Assembly: GCA_030429145.1 (NCBI GenBank)
Contig: JAUIDC010000001.1
Location: 570,001 to 602,000, forward strand
DNA from: Candidatus Saccharimonadota bacterium
GTDB lineage: Bacteria; Patescibacteriota; Gracilibacteria; Absconditabacterales; Absconditicoccaceae
Direction of reading: 5' to 3'
Length of the DNA: 32,000 bases
Notes under the pieces: generated by a model
Databases searched by the model: none
Seen by the model: the letters and a program-made list of their open reading frames with translations, nothing else
What the model was told of the DNA's origin: nothing
Shown: positions 20,701 to 30,132 of the stretch, one piece after another
Layout: each line of letters begins with the position of its first letter
How positions within the stretch are numbered: position 1 is the stretch's first letter
Program-made: the position numbers and the translations under genes

Positions 20701-20955
20701 AGAAGAGTTGCCAGACATGGTTACTGGTTTCAACATGATGGACGCAGATATGCTATCATCAATAGAGGGACGCCTAAAAACCAGCAGCTTTCGTTCTGTG
20801 AGATACAGGCATGAGCTCCTATGCCAGGAGGCAATAGAGCTGGTGTGCTCAACCAAAGTATGGTAAACAGTCTAGAGCCAGTCAATGAAAATATCATTCT
20901 CGGGAATCCTGAGCTTATGAACCAGTTTATCGATGTGATCACGAGACGCGCATAA
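17752..20955 (+). CDS. Giant hypothetical soluble protein B3 (1067 aa); 5 TGA=Gly
   Basis: Fragments 17752-18084, 18115-18540, 18544-19386, 19498-20226 and 20254-20814 are all in frame 1 and joined only by TGA (18082, 18538, 19384, 20224, 20812). Gaps were checked codon by codon. TAA stop 20953-20955. No TM segment or signal peptide seen. Confidence 0.8.
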
Positions 20956-20957
20956 TA

Positions 20958-20985
20958 TTGACATAAAACCATTATTCTCTATAAT
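20958..20985 (+). promoter_or_regulatory. Consensus sigma70 promoter upstream of ORF 21017
   Basis: TTGACA (20958-20963), 16-nt spacer, TATAAT (20980-20985). It begins 3 nt after the B3 stop codon. Confidence 0.6.
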
Positions 20986-21016
20986 CTATAAATAATTTAT
21001 CATCTTTCGGCTTATT

Positions 21017-21943
21017 ATGGCTAAAAATCATAAAAACCAACGTCATCATCACGAAACTTCTCAGGACAGTGCTGAGAAGAAGAAACAGTGAAATGAAAAG
21101 CTGGTGGAAGAGACAAAAGAAGAGCTGGCAGATACTCTGAAAGAAGAGAAGGAGTCTGGTCATAAGGCAGAAAAGCATGAGAATCATGATGAAAATAGAG
21201 ATGCAAATGATACAGAGCAGAAGATCGCAATGAAGAAAGCTCAGCTTCATGCGGCAGAGCCTGTACTAGAAGAGAAAGACCCAGAACCTGCAGCAAAAAA
21301 ACCTTCAAAATCAAAGAAGGAAAGAAAGATAGATCGAAACCCATTGAATTGGGTAAGACATATTGGTACAAGAGCTCTTTCTGGTATCGCTTGATTGCCT
21401 TCAAGAGTTGCAGCAAAGTTCAACCATATAGTGGCAAGACCACAGCAACTAGTAAGCGGAAAGTTTTATAAAGATTTGGGAAAAAACGTTATTAAGACTC
21501 CTGGAGCGATGGTGACGACTGTTACCGGTGCAGTATACAAGCCACATCGTGATAAGGTGAAATTTGAAGATAATTTTAAGGATTATGGTCCGACATTTGG
21601 GCCCGATGCAAAAGATAAGAACTGGTTTGTGAGGAATGGGAAAAAGGCTTTATGGTTCGGTGGCAAATTTGCTATGCCCACCCTGACAGCAGGTACGTGG
21701 TCACTATTTCCTAAGTTCTTTGCCAATGTAGGCAGAGGTCTCAACCATGTTATTCATGAGACGTTTGAAGGCATCAGAGACTCTAAATGGCATTGGAATC
21801 CTAAGAATTGGAACCTTAAGACGTGGAAGTTTAGTAAGACAAAAGAGTCCTTTGGAAAAGCTTTCTCACGAAATAAGAAAGGTAAGTCTCCCGAAGGTAA
21901 GACTATTGCTCTCTCGCCAAAAGAAGAAAAGAAAGCTGCATAG
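21017..21943 (+). CDS. Hypothetical basic protein (308 aa; K/E/H-rich N-half, W/K/G-rich C-half); 2 TGA=Gly
   Basis: From ATG 21017, fragments 21104-21394 and 21395-21943 are in the same frame and joined by TGA 21392, with another TGA at 21089. TAG stop. Confidence 0.65.
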
Positions 21944-22018
21944 TGTGCTTTCGATTGAAAACATGAAGCTGATCACTATACTTTGCGTGGTCAGTTTTTT
22001 GTTTACGTGAAAATATCT

Positions 22019-22906
22019 ATGGCGAACGCAAGACAGATAAAAACGAAGATAAAGTCAGTAAAGAACCTACAGAAGATCACGAGAGCACTCGAGATAGTTT
22101 CAACAGTGAAGCTACAAAAGACAAAGAAACGTACTGAGCACTATCGTGAGTTCATGGAGGAATTCCTTCGCGTCATGCGTGTAGCCCATGAGAGAATTGG
22201 GCTTTTTGATGAGATTGAAGATCAGAACGGAAGAAGACTCATCGTTGTCGTGTCTTCGGAAAGAGGACTAGCTGGTTCGCTCAATAGTAAACTCTTCAAG
22301 CATATCCTTGGAAAGTATGCTGATTGGAAAGACAAAACAGATATTTACTGCATTGGAAAGAAAGCGGTAGAATTTTTCACCCGCAATGGCTTCAATGTTG
22401 TTGGTAAACTTCACCTGCAAGATGAGTTCGAAGAGAAGGATGCAAAACCGCTTTTCGACTATCTTCAGGACTCTCTGGAGAATAAAACTCATGCAAAGAT
22501 CAAAGTCTATTTCAACTATTTTAAAAATACTATCACCCAGGTGCCACTGAGATTTAAGCTCTATCCCCTCGATAACGAAAGCTTCAATACCTTCGCAAAA
22601 GATATTGATCTTAACTTGGAGACATATAAAGAGGCTATCCCTTCGTATCAGGACTTTGTCTACGAACCAACGAAGAAGGAGCTGAGAAATGCACTATTAA
22701 AACAACTTGCTGAATATATCATTTATGGAGCAATTTTGCAGAATAAGACTGGTGAGTTTGCAGCTCGTATGCTCGCTATGAAAAATGCTAAGGACAATGC
22801 AAAGAAGACCTCTGAGGCGTTGACGATTAAGTTTAACAAAGCTCGTCAAGCTGCTATTACACAGGAGATATCCGAAATTGTCTCTGCAAAAATTGCTATT
22901 GAATAA
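22019..22906 (+). CDS. atpG: F0F1 ATP synthase gamma subunit
   Basis: MANARQIKTKIKSVKNLQKITRALEIVSTVKLQK... at the N-terminus and ...ARMLAMKNAKDNA...KFNKARQAAITQEISEIVSAKIAIE at the C-terminus are the canonical gamma-subunit ends. ATG 22019 is preferred over the track's TTG 21983. No TGA. Confidence 0.9.
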   Translation: MANARQIKTKIKSVKNLQKITRALEIVSTVKLQKTKKRTEHYREFMEEFLRVMRVAHERIGLFDEIEDQNGRRLIVVVSSERGLAGSLNSKLFKHILGKYADWKDKTDIYCIGKKAVEFFTRNGFNVVGKLHLQDEFEEKDAKPLFDYLQDSLENKTHAKIKVYFNYFKNTITQVPLRFKLYPLDNESFNTFAKDIDLNLETYKEAIPSYQDFVYEPTKKELRNALLKQLAEYIIYGAILQNKTGEFAARMLAMKNAKDNAKKTSEALTIKFNKARQAAITQEISEIVSAKIAIE

Positions 22907-22920
22907 TCTTCACACCAATA

Positions 22921-23328
22921 ATGTCAGAATTTTCTACACTTGTACAAACATACTATCAAAATCCCATTAACAATCGTAAAATAGCCGATTGTACTATTTC
23001 TCGTCACGAGGGAAACAGCGTATGTGGCGATGATTTAATGGTCTATCTCAAGATAGAGGACAACAAAATTGTCGATCGATCCTATGAGGGTATGCCATCG
23101 ATGATCACCCAAGCTGCCGCTAGTTTTTTTTCTGAGTTAGTCATAGGTAGATCACTTGATGAGGTCTTGCAGATGAATGAAACAACCATGAAAGAAAATG
23201 ATTTTATCGTCTCTCCAAGACGTAGGAGAGCATCAGTCACAGCTATCTTGGCAACCAGAAACGCAATACACGACTATTTGAAAGATGGCAGAGAGGATGA
23301 CTTTGATGATTTGTTAGTTGATGAGTAG
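22921..23328 (+). CDS. NifU/SufU(IscU)-like protein with only one of three conserved Cys ligands
   Basis: NSVCGDDLMVYLKIEDNKIVDRSYEGMPSMITQAAAS aligns by eye to SufU NPTCGDRIRL...FEGEGCSISMASAS. The second and third Cys positions are Ser (codons 23098-23100 and 23233-23235). Confidence 0.7.
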   Translation: MSEFSTLVQTYYQNPINNRKIADCTISRHEGNSVCGDDLMVYLKIEDNKIVDRSYEGMPSMITQAAASFFSELVIGRSLDEVLQMNETTMKENDFIVSPRRRRASVTAILATRNAIHDYLKDGREDDFDDLLVDE

Positions 23329-23841
23329 TTTCATAATCTCATTATAGAGTTCTTCAGGTGAGAGCTTGCCCGAATCAAAAGTCGGTATAGTTTCGTCTTT
23401 AGCATGGAGATAGGTGTTATATCTCTCTAGCATTCACTCAATATTTGTGACGGATATTTTCCCTTTTTTAACTTTGTTGTCTTCTATCCTTTCGTGGAAT
23501 CTCTCTTGTAATACTTCAAGGGGAGCTTCTATATTGATGTGTACGAACTTAGCATCATTTTCCGTTGCGAGTTTTCTGTAATCATCAGCTCCATGTCACT
23601 CTAGCTGCTTACCACATTCTACAATAACGGATAGGTTATTTGCGAGAGCTTCTTTGCTAAGAGCAAAAGCAAGATTTGCTTTGATGATATTATGTTTTTT
23701 AGCGTCATAATGTGAAATGAGCCACTTTATTCTATCAAAGCTTGCATAGAACAGGTTCTCATGCTCAGCGAGTAGTGATTTTACCACAGTGCTTTTGCCT
23801 GCACAGAGAGGTCCTTGAATGATGAGTATGAATTTTTGCAT
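23314..23841 (-). CDS. P-loop NTPase/kinase-like protein (175 aa); 2 TGA=Gly
   Basis: MQKFILIIQGPLCAGKSTV contains a Walker A motif. The ORF continues through TGA 23596-23598 and a second TGA to TAA 23314-23316. ATG 23841 is preferred over the track start 23913. Confidence 0.7.
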
Positions 23842-23951
23842 GATCGTGTGAGAAAGAAATATATACGTAGTTTTTGCCAATTTCTCTAGCAATTTCCAGC
23901 TAAAAATATACATATTATATACTATTTAGATTCTTAAAGGGGAGAACAAAT

Positions 23952-26900
23952 ATGTCATTTGCTCCACAGCAGCCGAAACCGGATCTGTATGCGTTAGATC
24001 AGCTTATTTTGCAATGATGGAAAGATAATCATATTTTTGAGAAATCTATTGAGCAGAGACCAGAGGATCAACCATATCGTTTTTATGATGGACCTCCATT
24101 TATTACGGGATTGCCTCACTATGGTCATCTTGCAGCTTCAGTTGCAAAAGACGCGATACCAAGATTTTGGACGATGAAAGGAAAGAGAGTGGATCGTGTA
24201 TGGTGATGGGACTGTCACGGTATTCCTATTGAACAAAAAGTACAATCAAAGCTTGGGCTTGAGTCGAATATAGATATTGAGAAGGCTGGTATAGATCGCT
24301 TTATAGAAGAGTGTTATACATATACTCGTGGCATGTCGGCTGACTGGAACTACTATATTGATAATATTGGACGCTGGGTGGATATGGAAAATCCATACCG
24401 TACGATGGACAATGACTATATGGAGTCTGTGTGGCGAGTCTTTAAGGCGCTCCGAGAAAAGTGATTGATCTATAAAGGAAAGCGTGTGTCTATGTACTCA
24501 ACGAAGTTAGAGACTCCTATCTCTAGTTTTGAGGTTGCTATGGATGACACCTATAGTGACGTAAATGATCCTACGGTAACAGTTATGTTTGATCTTTCTG
24601 CGAACGGTGATGAGTGGAAAGATACCTATGCATTGGCATGGACGACGACACCTTGGACTATCCCTGCAAATATTGCGCTTGCTGTAAACAAGGAGCTAAC
24701 GTATGCAAAGGTTGTATGTGATGCAAGTAGTTTTATAGTAGCAGAGAAGAGAGTAGAAGAAGTATTTAAAGGGAGGGTTTTTGAAATTGTTGAGACATTT
24801 ACAGGAGATGAACTTGTATGAATGTCATATAAGCCACCATTTGATTATCTCTATGGTAAGACGAACAATGAAAAAGACCATAAGATCTATCATGCAGAGT
24901 TTATTACTGATGAGGATGGTACTGGTATTGCTCATGAGGCACCAGAGTTTGGTGATGTAGACTTTGAAATGGCGCAGAAAGCATGATTGACCATCACCGA
25001 AGCAATGGACAGTAGTGGACACTATACGACGCTCATTGATGATTTGGTTGGAACATTCTATCGCGATGCAAATCCGATTGTTATGGAGAGATTGCAAACT
25101 ATGTGAAGACTTTTCGCAAAGTGAAATATAACACATCGTGTGGCGTTTTGTCCAAGATCAAATACGCCTCTTGTATACAAGGCTCAAGATAGTTGGTTTG
25201 TGAACATTCAAAAATTGAAGCCAAGATTGCTCGAAAAAAATGAAGAAATAAACTGGTTTCCAAATCACTTCAAGTATGGTCGTTTCCAAAAGTCTATCGA
25301 GGCAGCGCCAGATTGGGGCATCTCTCGTACAAGATACTGGGGGACACCTATGCCTATCTATGTATCTGAAGACGGGAAAGATATGATCATCATCTGATCG
25401 AGAGAGGAGCTCTATGAGTTCAGTAAAGAAGGAAGTGCTAATGTGGAGAAAAGAGAAGTAGAGGGTAAAGTAGTTTATTGGAATACAACAAGAGACGAGG
25501 AACTCAACATGCACCGTCCGTATATTGATGACGTATGGCTTTCAAAAGAAGGAAAAAAGTATACTCGTATCTCAGAGGTATTAGACTGTTGGGTAGAGTC
25601 TGCAAGTATGCCATATGCACAGATTCATTATCCATTTGAAAACAAAGAAAAGTTTGAGGGACAATTTCCTGCAGATTACATTGTCGAGTATACGTGACAG
25701 ATACGTGCATGGTTTTATGTGATGCATGTGATAGGTGTCGCATTGTTTGATAAACCTGCATTTAAAAACGTAACGGTTACGTGAGTACTTGCTGGTAATG
25801 ATGGACGCAAGATGTCAAAGAGCTTTGGAAACTATCCAGATCCAAGAGACTCTTTAGAGCAGTATGGTGGCGATGCAATTAGAATGTATCTTTTGTCATC
25901 ATCTCTTTTCGCTGGCGGAGATCCAGCGGTCTCTGAGGATTACTTTGGAGAGGCCCTCAAAAATTATATTCTTCCTTTCTGGAATGCGTTCTACTTTTTT
26001 GTCACCTATGCAAATATTGATAAGTGGGATGAAAAAGACAAAGTATATGATCCTGCAAAAGTGAAGCATCCACTAGATAGGTTTTTGTATGCAAAGGTAC
26101 AGGAGTTGATTACAACCGTAGAGGAATCGATGCAATGATATGATCTTATGCGTTCATCTCGTGCATTGGGCAACTTCTTAGATGACTTAACCAATCGATA
26201 TATCCGTCGTAGTAGAAGAAGATTTTGGAAAGAGGAAGAAGATCAAGATAAAAAAGATGCTTATGCAACTCTCTATTATGCGCTTGTCAACTTCTGTCAA
26301 GTCGCTGCTCCATTTATGCCGTTTGTCACTGAGTATATCTATCAAGTGCTTACTGGGAAAGAGTCTGTGCATTTGACAGACTGGCCAACAGCGCATTTGC
26401 AAGATACTGATAAAGAGCTTTTACAAAAAACAAAACAAGCACAGGATGTCATCTCTATCGTTTTGGCAGCACGTTCGAGAAAGAACATTCGTGTGCGTCA
26501 ACCATTGCAAAGTGTTACTATTGGAGTGGAGATAGATGAGTACTTCCAAGCTATTGTCGCTGATGAGTGTAATGTAAAAGAGGTTTCGATAGATGCTACT
26601 ATCAATGCATTGGTGACAAAGATATGTAAACCTGATGGCAAGTATGTAGGCGAGACTTTTGGTGCAAAGACAAAGGAGATATTTGCTGCAGCAAAGTCGG
26701 GTAACTTTACGGAAAATGAAGACGGTAGTGTTACAGTTGCCGGAGAGACTCTCCCTTCATGAACATATGAAATCAGTTATATAAAGGCTGACGCTTCACA
26801 AGATCTAGAAGTCGATAACGGTATTGTTGTGAAAATAGATTGGGCCATAACGCCAGAGCTAGAGCTCGAAGGTTATGCAAGAGATCTTGTGAGATTGATA

Positions 26901-27113
26901 CAAGATGCCCGTAAAGAGGCAGATTATCATCTTGCTGATAGAATATCTCTTTCTATTACATGAGACCATTTGGCTACTTCTTTGATAGCGCAATTTGCTG
27001 ATTATATCCAAGACGAAACATTGTCTACTGTTGTCGACATTAATGACAAACCTGATATCTCTAAAGAGGTAGAGATCGGATGACAAACGATCGTCTTTAG
27101 CCTACAGAAATAA
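23952..27113 (+). CDS. ileS: Isoleucyl-tRNA synthetase (1053 aa); 14 TGA=Gly
   Basis: SD-like AAAGGGGAG lies upstream of ATG 23952. Motifs: [13 protein letters not shown] (HIGH), [12 protein letters not shown] (TGA 24204), [30 protein letters not shown] (TGA 25695), KMSKS (25809-25823). All track fragments (24465, 25140, 25443, 25812, 26148) are in frame 3 and joined only by TGA. TAA stop 27111-27113. Confidence 0.95.
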
Positions 27114-27134
27114 AATAGTTCATTGTGACATACT

Positions 27135-27170
27135 AAAAAAGCTAATGCGTCTTGAGCATTAGCTTTTCTT
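27135..27170. terminator. Bidirectional rho-independent terminator between ileS and the convergent gene
   Basis: Stem gctaatgc (27141-27148) / gcattagc (27156-27163), 7-nt loop, flanked by A6 (27135-27140) and TTTT (27164-27167). Confidence 0.7.
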
Positions 27171-27183
27171 ACTTGATCGAAAT

Positions 27184-27753
27184 TTATTTTACATCGATAT
27201 ACTGAGGCATGTCTGTGTATGGAATATATCTTCTGTCTTCATGTGAAGGACCTTTCATCCCGAGCATATCTCTTACTATAAGCGTCCCCCAAGGTCTTTC
27301 GATATAGAGATGTTGTGACTCTAGACCTATATCTACAAGATGCCATTCGCTATCTTCTGGTCCATCAAAAGATTGTACTTCAATGTAACCCGCTTTAAGC
27401 TGTGCTTTCATGTCATCGACAGTAACTTCAGAGCCTTCAGCATTGATCATTTCATCGTATACAGCAATCCAATATGAGTTAAAATAACTTGCATAGTTTC
27501 CTGACCATACTGTTATGAGGAAACATGATTCGTCATTGCCTGCGAGACAAGAGTGGGTGCTTTTAGCACCGGTTACCGGTGAGGTATAGTCGGTGTAAGT
27601 AGTAATAAATGACTCTCAAGTGAATGACCATTTGTAGTTTCTGTTGATAATCATATTTCTTCCTCCAAATGGGAAGACATCAATCTGGTAGTTGATGACT
27701 AAAATAACTGAGAGGATGGCCAAGATGATAACAACGATGTATCGATTTTTCAT
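27184..27753 (-). CDS. Hypothetical N-terminally anchored or secreted protein (189 aa); 1 TGA=Gly
   Basis: Track ORF 27184-27450 extends upstream in frame through one TGA to ATG 27753. The N-terminus MKNRYIVVIILAILSVILVI is a signal/anchor helix. Confidence 0.6.
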
Positions 27754-27866
27754 GGGGAGGGTAGCTACAGAAAGATAAAATTGTCTTCAATGTAGTAAAA
27801 TATACTCATAATACAAAGAAAATAGCATTTTTATGTGCTATTGGGAGATTTTGTCAATGATATTTT

Positions 27867-27895
27867 TTGCTGGAAAGAGATGAAAACCCTATAAT
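27867..27895 (+). promoter_or_regulatory. Candidate promoter of the Na/Pi cotransporter gene
   Basis: TTGCTG (27867-27872), 17-nt spacer, TATAAT (27890-27895), about 35 nt upstream of ATG 27931. Confidence 0.45.
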
Positions 27896-27930
27896 TATAT
27901 CGTATTTATTAGTAAGCACATGTCTTACCA

Positions 27931-29550
27931 ATGTGGTGATTTTTGTGAGGACTCTGAATCTTTCTGCTGGGAATGAAAACTATGGAGAATACACTTTTGC
28001 AGTATGGAGTTCCTACATTGAAGAGAATTCTTCGCGGTTTCACAAATAAGAAATGGAAGTCAGTCATCTCGGGCACTATTTTAGCGAGTATCACACAGAG
28101 TAGTACGATAGTTTCTGTTATGACTGTTGTGTTTGTCGGTGCGGGCATTGTGACATTAGCAAGTGGTGTCGGTGTGATTATTGGTGCGAATGTCGGTTCT
28201 ACACTTTTGGGTATTGTGCTTTGATGAGCGATGGCGGGTTCCATTAAGCTCTCCAGTTTCGCTCTTCCTATGCTTGCAGCGGGTGCGATCGGAGAACTCT
28301 TTTTCAAAAAAAAGAAGAAGATCTATTTTGTAACGATGTTGCTTCTTTCGTTTGGTTTGATTTTTTATGGAATTAGTCTCATCAACGGAACTGTTTCTGC
28401 ATATGCCATGAGTATCGATATGGCTGTTATAAATCAGCGGGGTATCCTATGATATTTTCTGATAGGTGTGCTGTTAACTGCCATGATGCACTCAAGTGAT
28501 ACGATGTTAGTACTTGCACTGAGCTTTCTTGCGCAAGGTGTGATTGGACTGCCTGAGGCTATTGCTATCATGATAGGTGCTAATATCGGTACTACTATCA
28601 GTGCAATTGAATGATCTCGAGGTGGTTCAAAAGAACAAAAGCAGGTTGCACTCAGTCATTTCCTTTTCAATGTTATCTCGGCTATTATCGCACTACCGCT
28701 ACTATGATGGTCAATACAGTTAGTAGATTTCTTCTTTGATCTTCCGAAGCAAAACATATGGGCGGTAGTTATCTATGATTTCTGGTATAATGTGCTTGGT
28801 GCATTGTTATTCTATCCATTTATGAAACAGTATGTGTGGCTTCTGGAAAGACTTGTCTCGCCTAAGAAAGATGAACTTGTTCTTCGTTCTACAAGCATTG
28901 ATGCCGAGCACTTGAAAGAAGCGGTTGCTGACTTTCGCCAAGATACTATGCTTTTGTTAGATAAGGTTATTACATTCAACCTCCAGGTGCTCAATATCGA
29001 CCCGAAGAAATTGAAGCTAGTTGACAAGAAACTATTGGATGAGGAAAAAGAGGAACAGTCGTACAATGTTATCCGTACGATAGAGGAGACACTTATGCAA
29101 ACAGTGATTAGTCTCTACAAGACACACAAAACTCATACCAGATACCATACAGAGCTTTTCACGCTCCGTGAGGCAGTTGAACGCATGGTGTACAGTGCTA
29201 AAACTCTTAAGGATATCTCTCATAATCTCGATGAGCTGCGTGCCTCAAAGATGGCACTGCTGACAAAGTTTCTCAAGGAGTTCGCGAAAGAATCGATCGA
29301 TATATACCAGACTATTTCGAGGTATAGAGAAGGCGAGGCAGAGGCATCGCACGATGCGAAACTCCACTGATCGCTTAAGATGCTTATGGATGCTGATGAA
29401 CACTTTCTGTCAGAAATTGGAACCAGGGTATCGAAAGAGCTTCTTGCTAACCGTAATCTTTCCTCTCTCCTGCATCTTTCTCAGTGACTCAATAGGTCTC
29501 ACAAAGCTATGATACACACGATAGAGCTTCTCTATAACAAAGATAACTAG
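27931..29550 (+). CDS. Na+/phosphate cotransporter family protein with PhoU-like C-terminal region (539 aa); 10 TGA=Gly
   Basis: The stitched N-terminus MW-G-FL-G-GL-G-IFLLGMKTMENTL...ITQSSTIVSVMTV... followed later by IGANIGTTISA...ALSHFLFNV is the duplicated Na_Pi_cotrans signature. TGA at 27937, 27946, 27955, 28222, 28225, 28450, 28612, 28705, 29368 and 29485. TAG stop 29548-29550. Confidence 0.88.
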
Positions 29551-29567
29551 TACCCTTTTATAAGAAA

Positions 29568-29595
29568 AAGCGCTCCCATACAGGAGGCTTTTTTA
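29568..29595 (+). terminator. Putative terminator between convergent cotransporter and pth genes
   Basis: Stem aagcgctcc / ggaggctt with one bulged G, loop cataca, then T6 (29589-29594) overlapping the pth stop codon. Confidence 0.45.
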
Positions 29596-30123
29596 TTTCT
29601 CGATAAACGCATATATCATATCTCATATCTTTTGCTCATTGTCAGCAAGTGTTTGCAACTCTCCCTTGCTAAATGGATAGAGTACATAATCTACCACCTC
29701 TTCTTTTGTCTCTGGACGTCCCACTCCAATCCTTATGCGAGAGAATGTGTTCGTTCCAAGCTTAGCAATAATGTCTCTGAGTCCATTGTGTCCAGCATGT
29801 CCACCTCAGCTTTTCATCTGTATCTGCCCACTAGGAAGATCAATCTCATCATGAATAACGAGAATATCTTCAGGCTTTATCTTGAAAAACTGTGCTATCT
29901 TACCGACACTTTCACCTGACTTATTCATAAAGGTGAGGGGCTTGCAGATGATAATATCTTCATCTTTTATCTTTCATTTTCCTATTTCCGCATTCCGATC
30001 CTTGTTTGCCGTCCAGCTTATTTTCTCTCGCTTGGCAAAGCTATCCAACGCTAAAAACCCCGCATTGTGGCGGGTATTCTCATATTTCTTTCCTGGATTC
30101 CCTAGTCAGACAATTAGTTTCAT
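29593..30123 (-). CDS. pth: Peptidyl-tRNA hydrolase (176 aa); 4 TGA=Gly
   Basis: The minus strand gives [23 protein letters not shown]...[16 protein letters not shown]...RIGVGRP. TGA at 30106-30108, 29974-29976, 29806-29808 and 29623-29625. The ORF track misses this gene entirely and shows spurious plus-strand ORFs instead. TAA stop 29593-29595. Confidence 0.93.
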
Positions 30124-30132
30124 CACTGAGGA

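Noticed and set aside
6409-20955. Prophage remnant, with tape-measure-like proteins carrying an M23 domain.
   Set aside because: The coiled-coil, TM and M23 combination does resemble tape-measure proteins. However, no capsid, portal, terminase, tail or integrase genes are visible, and the genes are organised as two promoter/terminator-delimited operons. I keep it only as an alternative hypothesis in the findings.
4541-21943. tRNA-flanked genomic island or integrative element explaining the accessory region.
   Set aside because: I could not find an integrase, recombinase or transposase ORF, nor a direct repeat of a tRNA 3' end. The tRNAs point away from the region, with their 3' ends facing rpmG. 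This is not supported by the sequence.
21983-22018. Track start TTG 21983 for atpG, and ATG 23913 for the kinase-like gene.
   Set aside because: The conserved N-termini (MANARQIKTKIKSV for gamma; MQKFILIIQGPLCAGKST with the P-loop) begin at the internal ATGs 22019 and 23841. The upstream extensions are hydrophobic or low-complexity and not family-like.
23952-27113. Fragmented ileS (and pth, bcp, the Na/Pi transporter and the giant ORFs) could be pseudogenes or could reflect frameshift sequencing errors.
   Set aside because: All fragments of each gene stay in one frame. The only interruptions are TGA codons, never TAA or TAG or frame changes. They coincide with conserved Gly positions, so this is recoding, not decay.
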